NCBI GenBank assembly: GCA_964016885.1
Contig: OZ024744.1
Span: forward strand, 44,516,001 to 44,580,000
Length of the DNA stretch: 64,000 nt
Reading direction: 5' to 3'
DNA from: Eledone cirrhosa
Lineage: Eukaryota
Part shown: positions 52,233 through 64,000 of the stretch, one piece after another
Layout: each line of letters starts with the position of its first letter
How positions within the stretch are numbered: position 1 is the stretch's first letter
Position numbers and translations under genes: made by a program
Notes under the pieces: model-generated
What the model saw: the letters and a program-made list of their open reading frames with translations, nothing else
Database searches by the model: none
What the model was told of the DNA's origin: nothing

Positions 52233-55200
52233 AATGACACCACACTCTGTTACCTCTACATTAGACACCACCCTATGTTATCTCTGTAATAGAGACCACC
52301 ATATATAAGACACCACCATATGTTAGCTCTATATTAGACCCCAACCTATATTACCTCTATAAGGACATCACCCTATGTTACCACTATAATAGACACCACT
52401 CTATAATACCTCTATACTAGACACCACCCTATGTTACCTCTATACAAGACACCACCCTATATTACCTCAATATTAGACACCTCCCTATGTTACCACTATA
52501 ATAGACACCACCCTATATTACCTCTATATTAGACACCACGCTATATTATCTCTATAATAGACACCATCCTATGTTACCACTATAATAGACCCCAACCTAT
52601 ATTACCTCTATAAGGACATCACCCTATGTTACCACAATAATAGACACCACCCTATAATACCTCTATACTAGACACCACCCTATGTTACATCTATAATAGA
52701 CACCACCCTATCTTACCTCTATAATAGACACCACCCTATATTACCTCTATATTAGACACCACCCTATATTACCTCTATAATAGACACCACCCTCTATTAC
52801 CTCTATATTAGACACCACCCCATAATACTTCTATATTAGACACCACCCTATATTACCTCTATATTAGACACCACCCTATATTACCTCTATATTAGACACC
52901 ACTCTATGTTGCCTCTATATTAAACACCACCCTATGTTACCTCTATAATGACACCACCCTAAGTTACATCTATATTAGACACCACCCTATATTACCTCTA
53001 TAATAGACACCGCACTATGTTACCTCTATAATGGCACCACCCTATAATACTTCTATAATAGACACCACCCCATATTGCTTCTATATTAGACACCACCCTA
53101 TATTACCTCTATATTAGACACCACCCTATATTACCTCTATATTAGACACCATCCTATGTTACCTCTATAATAGACACCACCCTATGTTACCTCTATATTG
53201 GAGACCAACCTATATAACCTCTATATTAGACACTACCCTATGTTACCCCTATATTAGACACCACCATATGTTACATCTATAATAGACACCACCCTATATT
53301 ACATCTATATTAGACACCATCCTATGTTACCTCTATAATAAACACCACCCTATGTTACCTATATATTGGAGACCACCCTATATAACCTCTATATTAGACA
53401 CTACCCTATGTTACCTCTATATTAAACAACACCCTGTGTTACCTCTATACTAGACACCACCCTATGTTGCCTGTGTATTAGACGCCACACTTTATTACCT
53501 CTATATTAGACACCACCCTATGTTACCTCTATAATGACACCACACTATGTTACCACTATAATATACACCATCCTATATTACCTCTATAATAGACAAAACC
53601 CTATGTTATCTCGATATTAGATATCACCCTAGGTTACCTCTATATTAGACACCACCCTATCGTAGCTTTATTCTAGACACCACCCTGTGTTACCTCTATA
53701 ATAGACACCACCCTATATTACCTCTATTTTAGACACCACACTATGTTACCTCAGTATTAGATGCCACGCTATATTACATCTATATTAGACACCACACTAT
53801 GTTACCTCTATAATGGACACCACACTATGTTTTTTCTATATTAGAGACCACCCTATGTTACCTCTATATTAGGTACCACCCTCTGTTAACAGTATAATAG
53901 ACACGACCCTATATTACCTCTATAATAGACGCCACCCTATGTCATCTCTATATTAGACACCACATTGAGTTACCTCTATAATGGTCACCGCCCTATGTTA
54001 CCTCTATATTAGACACCACACTATGTTACCACTATAATGACACCAAACTATGTTACCACTATAATATACACCATCCTATATTACCTCTATAATAGACACA
54101 ACCCTATGTTACCTCTATATTAGACATCACCCTATGTTACCTCTATATTAGACACCACCCTATCTTACTTCCCTCTATATTACCTCTGAAATTAGGCACC
54201 ACCCTATGTTACTTCTGTATAAGACGCCACCCTATATTACCTCTATATTAGACACCACCCTATGTTACCTCTATCATGGACACCACCCTATGTTACCTCT
54301 ATATTATACACCACCCTATGTTACCTCTATATTAGACACTATCCTATGTTACCTCTATACTAGACAACACCCTATGTTACCTCTATAATTACACCACACT
54401 ATGTTACCACTATAATATACAAAACCCTATATTACCTCTATATTAGACATCAATCTGTTTTACCTCTATATTAGACAGCACCCTAAGTTACCTCAGCATT
54501 AGACGCCACCCTATATTACCTCTTTATTAGACACCACCCTATGTTACCTCTATAATGGATACCACCCTATGTTACCTCTATATTAGACACCACCCTATGT
54601 TACCTCTGTATTAGACACCACCCTATGTTACCTCTATAATAGGCCTCACCATATGTTACCTCTACAGTAGACACCACCCTATGTTACCTCTATAATGACA
54701 CCACCCTATGTTACCTCTATAATAGACACCACCCTGTTACCTCTATATTATACACCACCTTATGTTACTTCTATAATGACACCGCCCTATATTACCTCTA
54801 TAATAGACACCATCCTATGTTACGTCTATAATGACACGACCCAATACTACCTCTATAATAGACACCAGCCTCTCTTAACTCTATATTAGACACCACCCTA
54901 TATTACCTCTATATTAGACACCACCCTATAATAAATCTATAATAGACACCACCCTATAATACCTCTATATTATACACCACCCTATGTTACCTCTATAATA
55001 TACACCACCCTATGTTACCTCTATAATATACACCACCCTATGTTACCTCTATACTAGACACCACCATGTGGTACCTCTATAATACACACCACCCTATATT
55101 ACTTCTATATTAGACACCACCCTATGTTAGCTCTATAATGACACCACCCTATATTACCTCTAAAATAGATACCACCCAATATACTTCTATATTAGACACC

Positions 55201-58200
55201 ACCCTATGTTACCGCTATATTAGACACCACCCTATGTTACCTCTATAATAGACACCACCCTATGTTACCTCTATATTATACACCATCCTATGTTACCTTT
55301 ATAATAGACACCACCCTCTATTACCTCTACATTAGACACCACCCCATAATACTTCTATATTAGACACCACCCTATATTACCTCTATATTAGACACTACCC
55401 TACGTTACCTCTATATTAGACACCACCATATGTTACATCTATAATAGACACCACCCTATATTACCTCTATATTAGACACCACCCTATAATAAATCTATGA
55501 TAGACACCACCCTATGTTACCTCTATATAAGACACCACCCTATATTACCTCTATATACATAGCACCTTATGTTACCCCTATAATAGACACAACCCTATAT
55601 TACCTCTATAATAGACACCACCCTATATTACCTCTATAATATACACCACCCTATGTTACCTCTATAATATACACCACCCTATGTTACCTCTATACTAGAC
55701 ACCACCATGTGGTACCTCTATAATAAACACCACCCTGTATTACTTCTATATTAGACACCACCCTATGTTAGCTCTATAATGACACCACCCTATATTACCT
55801 CTACAATAGATACCACCCAATATACTTCTATATTAGACACCACCCTATGTTACCGCTATATTAGACACCACCCGATATAACCTCTATATGAGACACTACC
55901 ATATGTTACATCTATAATAGACACCACCCTCTATTACCTCTATATTAGACACCACCCCATAATACTTCTATATTAGACACCACCCTATATTACCTCTATA
56001 TTAGACACCAACCTATGTCTACCTCTATATTAGACACCACCCTATGTTACCTCTATAATAGACACCACCCTATGTTACCTTTATATTGGAGACCACCCTA
56101 TATAACCTCTATATTAGACACTACCCTATGTTACCTCTATATTAGACAGCACCATATGTTACATCTATAATAGACACCACCCTATATTACCTCTATATTA
56201 GACACCACCCTATGTTACCTCTATATTAGACACCACCCTATGTTACCTCTATAATGACACCACACTATGTTACTACTATAATATACACCATCCTATAGTA
56301 CCTCTATAATAGACACAACCCTATGTTACCTCTATATTAAACAACACCCTGTGTTACCTCTATACTAGACACCACCCTATATTGTCTCTGTATTAGACGC
56401 CACCCTTTATTACCTCTATATTAGACACGACCCTATGTTACCTCTATAATGACACCACATTATGTTACCTCTATAATATCCACCATCCTATATTACCTCT
56501 ATAATAGACACAACCCTTTGTTATCTCTATATTAGACATCACCCTATGTTACCTCTATATTAGACATCATCCTATCTTACCTCTGTATTAGACGCCACCC
56601 TATATTACCTCTATATTAGACACCACCCTATCGTAGCTTTATTCTAGACACCACCCTGTGTTACCTCTATAATAGACACCACCCTATGTTACCTCTATAC
56701 TTGACAACACCCTATGTTACCTCTGTATTAGACGCCACCCTATATTACCTCTATTAGACACCACATTATGTTACCTCTATAATGGTCACCACCCTATGTT
56801 ACCTCTATATTAGACACCACCCTATGTTGCCTCTGTATTACCCAGCCCCTATATTAGCTCTATATTAGACACCACCCTATGTTACCTCTATATTAGACAC
56901 CACCCTATGTTACCTCTAAATTAGACACCACCCTATATTACCTCTATACTAGACTTAAGCCTGTGTTACCTCTATAATAGACACCACCCTAAATTACCTC
57001 TATAATAGACACCGCACTATGTTACCTCTATAATGACACCACCCTATATTACCTCTACAATAGACACCACCCGATATACTTCTATATTAGACACCACCCT
57101 ATGTTACCTCTATAATAGACACCACACCATGTTACATCTATATTGGAGACCACCCTATATAACCTCTATATTAAACACTACCCTATGTTACCTCTATATT
57201 AGACACTACCATATGTTACATCTATAATAGACACCTACCTATCTTACCTCTATAATAGACACCACCCTATATTACCTCTATATTAGACACCACCCTATGT
57301 TACCTCTATAATGACACCACCCTATGTTACCTCTATATTAGACACAACCCTATATTACCTCTATATTAGACACCACCCTATGTTACCTCTATAATGACTC
57401 CCCCTTATATTACCTCTATATTAGACACTACCCTATGTTACATCTGTATTATAGGCCACCATTTATTACCTCTATATTAGACACCACGCTATGTCACCTC
57501 TATAATGACACCACACTATGTTACCACTATAATATATACCATCCTATATCACCTCTATAATAGACACAACCCTATGTTACCTCTATATTAGACATCACCC
57601 TATGTTAACTCTACATTAGACACCACCCTATCTTACTTCACCCTATGTTACCTCTGTATTAGACACCACCCTTGTTACCTCTATATTAGACACCACCCTA
57701 TGATATCTCTATAATATACACCACCCTATGTTACCTCTATATTAGACACCACCCTATCGTAGCTTTATACTAGACACCACCCTGTGTTACCTCTATAATA
57801 GACACCACCCTATGTTACCTCTGTATTAGATGCCACCCTATATTACCTCTATATAAGACACCACCCTATGATACCTCAATAATATACACCACCCTATGTT
57901 ACCTCTATGTTAGACACCACCCTATCGTAGCTTTATACTAGACACCACCCTGTGTTACCTCTATAATAGACACCACCCTATGTTACCTCTATATTAGACA
58001 TCACCCTATGTTACCTCTATATTAGACACCACCCTATCTTACTTCACCCTATATTACCTCTGTATTAGACACCACCCTATAATACCTCTATATTAGACAC
58101 CATCCTGTATTACCTCTATACAAGACACCACCCTATGTTACCACTATAATGGACACCACCCTATGTTACTTCTACAATAGACACCACCCTATTTTACCTA

Positions 58201-61200
58201 TATCAGACACCACCATATGTTACCTCTATCTTTGACACCACCCTATATTACCTCTATATTAGACACCACCCTATATTACCTCTATATAGATACCACCCTA
58301 TGTTACCTCTATAATAGACACGACACTATATTACGTCTATAATATACACCACCCTATGTTACCTCTATACTAGACACCACCCTGTGGTACCTCTATAATA
58401 CACACCACCCTATATTACCTCTATATTATACACCACCCTATGTTGCCTGTATAATAGACAACAACCCTATGTTACCTCTATACTTGACAACACCCTATGT
58501 TACCTCTGTATTAGATGCCACCCTATATTACCTCAGAATTAGACACCACATTATGTTACCTCTATAATGGACACCGCCCTATGTTACCTCTATATTAGAT
58601 AGCACCCTATGTTACCTCTATATTAGACACCACCCTATGTTACCTCTATATTAGACACCACCCTATGTTACCTCTATAATGACACCAGCCTATAATACCT
58701 TTATAATAGACACCACCCTATATTACCTCTATATTAGACACCACTCTATGTTACCTCTATATAAAATACCACCCTATATTACCTCTATAATGACACCACC
58801 CTAAGTTACATCTATATTAGACACCACCCCATATTACCTCTATAATAGGCACCGCACTATGTTACCTCTATAATGACACCACCCTATATTACGTCTATAA
58901 TAGACACAACCCCTTATTACTTCTATATTAGACACCACACTATATTACCTCTATAATAGACACAACCCTATGTTACCTCTATATTAGACATCACCCTCTG
59001 TTACCTCTATATTAGACACCACCCCATCTTACTTCACCCTATATTACCTCTGTATTAGACACCACTCTATATTAACTCTATACTAGACACCACCCTATGT
59101 TACCTCTATATTAGACACCACCCCAGGTTACCTCTATAATAGACCCCACCCTATATTACCTCTATATTAGACCCCAGCCTATGTTACCTCTATTACAGAC
59201 ACCACCCTATGTTACCTCTATAATAGACACCACCGTATGTTACCTCTATATTAGACGCCACCATATGTTACCTCTATAATGACACCACCCTATATTACCT
59301 CTATAATAGACAGTATCCTATGTTACCTCTATATTAGACACCACCCTATGTTACCTCTATACTAGACACCACCCTATGTTACCTATATAAGGACACCACC
59401 CTATGTTAGAACTATAATAGACACCACCCTATAATACCTCTATATTAGACACCACCCTATGTTACCTCTATAATGGACACCACTCTATGTTACTTCTATA
59501 ATAGACAACACCATATGTTACCTCTATATTTGACACCACCCTATATATCACCTCTATATTAGACACCACCCTATTTTACCTCTATATTAGACAGCACCCT
59601 ATATTACCTCTATATGAGTCACCGCATCATTTTACCTCTCTAATGGACACCGCCCTATGTTACCTCTATTATTAGACACCACCCTATGTTGCCTCTGTAT
59701 TAGCCGGCCCCTATATTACCTCTATATTAGACACCACCCAATGTTACCTCTATATTAGACACCACCCTATGTTAACTCTATAATAGACACCACCCTATAT
59801 TACCTCTATAATAGACACCACCCTATGTTAACTCTATAATAGACACAACCCCTTATTACTTCTATATTAGACACCACACTATATTACCTCTATAATAGAC
59901 ACCACCCTATATTACCTCTATTTTGGAGACCACCCTATATAACCTCTATATTAGACACCACCCTATATTTCCTCTATATTAGACACTACCCTATGTTACC
60001 TCTATAATGACATCTCCCTATGTTACCTGTATAATAGACACCACCATATGTTACCTCTATATTTGAGACCACCCTATATAACCTCTATATTAGACACTAC
60101 CCTATGTTACTTCTATATTAAACAACACCCTGTGTTACCTCTATACTAGACACCACCCTATGTTACCTCTGTATTAGACGCCACCTTTTATTACCTCTAT
60201 ATTAGACACCACCCTATGTTACCTCTATAATGACACCACACTATGTTACCACTATAATATACACCATCCTATATTACCTCTATAATAGACACAACCCTAT
60301 GTTACCTCTATATTAGACATCACCCTATGTTACCTCTATATTAGACACCACCCTATGTTACTTCTGTATTAGACACCACCCTATGTTACCTCTATAATGA
60401 CACCACACTATGTTACCTCTATATTAGACAACACTTTATGTTACCTCTATACTAGACACAACCCTACGTTACCTCTATATTACACACCACCCTATAATAC
60501 CTCTATAATATACACCACCCTATGTTACCTCTATATTAGATACCACCCTATCGTAGCTTAATACTAGACACCAGCCTGTGTTACCTCTATAGTAGACACC
60601 ACCCTATGTTACCTCCGTATTAGATGCCACCTTATATTACCGCTATATTAGACACCTCACTATGTTACCTCTATAATGGACACCACCCTATGTTACCTCT
60701 ATATTAGACACCACCCTATATTACCTCTATATTAGACACCACCCTATTTTACCTCTATATTAGATACCACCCTCTGTTAACTCTATAATAGACACGACCC
60801 TATATTAACTCTATAATAGACACCATCCTATATTACCTCTATATTAGACAACACCCTATGTTACCTCTGTATTAGATGCCACCCTATATTACCTCTATAT
60901 TAGACAACACCCTATGATACCTCTATATTAAACACCACCATATGTTACCTCTATATTAGACACAACACTATTTTACCTCTATATTAGACACCACTCTATA
61001 TTACCTCTATATTAGACACCACCCCAGGTTACCTCTATAATAGACACCACCCTATATTACCTCTATAGTAGACCCCACCCTATGTTACCTCTATTACAGA
61101 CACCACCCTATTTTACCTCTATAATAGACACCACCCTATCTTACCTCTATATTAGACACCACCCTCTGTTACCTCTATATTAAACGCCACCCTATGTTAC

Positions 61201-62190
61201 CTCTATAATGACACCACCCTATATTACCTCTATAATAGACAGTATCCTATGTTACCTCTATATTAGACACCACCCTATGTTACCTCTATACTAGACACCA
61301 CCCTGTGTTACCTCTATAAGGACACCACCCTATGTTAGAACTATAATAGACACCACCCTATAATACCTCTATAGTAGATACCACCCTATGTTACCTCTAT
61401 ATTTGACACAACCCTTTATATCACCTCTATATTAGACACCACCCTATATTACCTCTATATTAGACACCACCCTATGTTAACTCTATATGAGACACCACCA
61501 TATGTTACTTCTATATTGGAGACCACCGTATATTACCTCTATAATGACACCACCCTATATTACCTCTATATTAGACACCACCCTATGTTAACACTATAAT
61601 TGATACAACCCTATGTTACCTCTATAATAGACACCACCCACTGTTACCTCTATGCTAGACACCACCCCATGTTGCCTCTATTAGAGACACCACCTTATGT
61701 TACTTCTATACTAGACAGCACTCTATATTACCTCTATAATAGACACCACCCTATGTTACCTCTATATTAGACACCACCCTATGTTACCTCAACAATAGAC
61801 CTCACCTATGTTACTTCTATATTAGACACCACCCTAAGTTACCTCTATATTAGACACCACTCTATATTACCTCTATATTAGACACTACCCTGTGTTACCT
61901 CTATCTTAGATACCACCCCATGTTACCTCTATATTAGACACCACCCTATATTACCTCTATATTAGACACAAACCTATATTACCTCTATAATGACACCACC
62001 CTATGTTACCTCTATACTAGACACCACCCCATGTTACCTCTATAATAGACACCGTTCTATATTACCTCTATAATAGACATGACCCTATGTTACCTCTATA
62101 ATGACACCAGTCTATACTACCTCTATAATAGACACCGCCCTATATTACCTCTATATTGGACACCACCCCATGTTACCTCTATAATAGACA
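52233..62190 (+). repeat. Minisatellite array 2, ~10 kb, 28 bp unit AGACACCACCCTATGTTACCTCTATATT
   Basis: Period 28 (for example 52741 and 52769), about 350 diverged copies. Confidence 0.98.
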
Positions 62191-64000
62191 TGTAGTGACC
62201 TACATTCCGCGGGCTCACATACATTCTCTGTGCGTGATTTGGCTCAGTTTAGCCAATCACCGGCAGTAGAATAGGATATATCCCTATGCGCCCTGAGGAA
62301 GAAATTCCCCGCGAAGATTTGAAGAATCTTTCTCTTGTACCAGGAACTTTGAACCAGCAACACGTAAAATGTAACGGTGAGATTTTGCACCCTAGCCTGC
62401 CGGCTTTCCGGCGCATTGGCACATTCCCTTTTGTAACCTCATTTTATGTGTAACTTCAACCATATAAGTTAACAAACATTGTTTGTGCTACATCAAAAAT
62501 AAACATACATTTCATCTCTAATTTCTGCTGTTGAAATCATTATTATGTTTCTCGTGTCTCAATAACATCTATAATCCAAGCTGCTGGAATTGGCGACCTG
62601 ACGAAAGGAATATTGAAATACAAAGATGGTAAATAGACGAGGGACCTTCCCCCACGTCTATGTCGACAAGACAATCCAACGCGGATACCATCATTTTACC
62701 ACACTGGCGACCACGACTTCATACTGCTACACTGCTTAAGTGGTGACCGACGTAAGAATTTAACGCAGCCTTCTTTCTTGTTCAGTTGAACTTTTATTGC
62801 CGCGTTGCCGGCCTTTTCGCAACTTGCGAAAATACAATATATTACTTTCAAAATTTTTTGAAAAATTAGCAGTATTTCAAAAGCTTTTCGCCACGAGGAA
62901 ATTTCAAAATGGCTACCGACAAGTCCTGTCTACAATCAACAACGACAGCAGCAGCAGCAGCGACCACATTGTTTAACCACTGGCCAACGACAGGGAATTG
63001 TGAGATGGCAGCTACATAGCCTTACCGACGAAAACCACCACACATCGGAAATTTCAAAACGGCTTGTAACTTTACCGACGCAACCACCATACCTTCTGTC
63101 TCGTTACCACAGGGACTCGAGAAATTGAGAGGTAGTTTTCTCACCATTATGGCGTCAGACTTGGCTGCCATGTTGGTGACTGCTACTCTACAGAAGATTC
63201 ATTGACTTTGCTTTAACAACAAGCAACACAACCTTATGTCACACAAGGTGGCAGGACGGTAAAATGGCCACGAAAACTCTCAAAAACACCATACATCTAA
63301 CCCCTAACGGCATTAACAAACTTCTTTTTCAGTTTTCAGATAGAACTAGTGTCAGAAAGTCTGTACACTGGTGACGTGTGAACTATTTGACTTTGAAAAA
63401 CTTTGAACTTTTCATTGAGAAATTTCTCTGCTCCCTCAGATTGACTTTGAATTATCAGTTTGTTACATTCACATATTTCTTTGTAGAATGCATTTACTTA
63501 TTTTGTGCTCCTTTGCTATTTGCTTGCTCATGGTTTTTGTTCATTCACATACTTTGCTGTTTTACATGCCTGCATATGCACACATTTTTTTGTCACACAC
63601 CAACATGTTGTTCTTGGTATATGTTCTTCAAACATGATATTCTGCGAGTCCCTTTTCACCTGGTTGAGATGCTGTCACATGCTAGCAGCTCACAGAGCTT
63701 AATCCACTTGGATTCAAACAGGCACCGCAACACAAGAATACTAATTGCAGCTAAGCTCAAACAGTTTTGCATCTCGTTGCACACTGATCGTCCATGACGG
63801 CCTTCGTCTTGCTGTTTTTGCCCGACTCGCTGGGAAAACGGCAAATTGAACTGGACTTGTCAGCATTTCCACCACTTCTGTGGATTCGCCCGAATTATAG
63901 AATTTACACTGCAACCCACCTACAGATTAAACTTGCTTTTTTTCTTTTCAAAGCAACCAGCCATTTTTTCCTGGCTCCCTAGCACATTCGGCAATACATC
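62191..64000 (+). mobile_element. 5' part of a Gypsy-type LTR element (LTR and long leader), continuing beyond the window
   Basis: Begins TGTAGTG abruptly after the satellite. AATAAA near 62498, probable LTR end ..TCAATAACA at 62567, PBS-like motifs. The leader shares GCAGTATTTCAAAA and GGCTACC motifs with the CsRn1 leader at 45280-45305. Confidence 0.72.

Noticed and set aside
52233-62190. CRISPR-like look of a 28 bp repeat, and short ORFs in it
   Set aside because: Units are directly adjacent with no unique spacers, there are no cas genes, and the context is eukaryotic.
63378-63982. ORFs in the last LTR element's leader as gag or env
   Set aside because: No recognisable Gag or Env motifs, and most use non-ATG starts.

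Overview
AT-rich eukaryotic (metazoan) DNA made almost entirely of repeats. It holds two long minisatellite arrays (about 16.4 kb of a ~29-33 bp unit and about 10 kb of a 28 bp unit), at least five Penelope-like element (PLE) remnants, five Ty3/Gypsy LTR elements or fragments (three nested), three LINE remnants, a Helitron remnant and four copies of a tRNA-derived SINE resembling cephalopod SINEs. Nearly all long ORFs at 8-25 kb and 52-62 kb are satellite artefacts. Main signals: (1) a Gypsy element whose primer-binding position is the exact complement of the first 12 nt of tRNA-Phe rather than a tRNA 3' end, and lies inside a predicted leader intron; (2) about 14 type I hammerhead ribozyme motifs, some in PLE 3' ends and others in small non-coding retrozyme-like families, including a circularly permuted 318 bp monomer; (3) a possible fragmented 7TM/GPCR-like host gene with 32-47 nt introns, split by a nested LTR cluster and a satellite. 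All calls were made by eye, without database searches.
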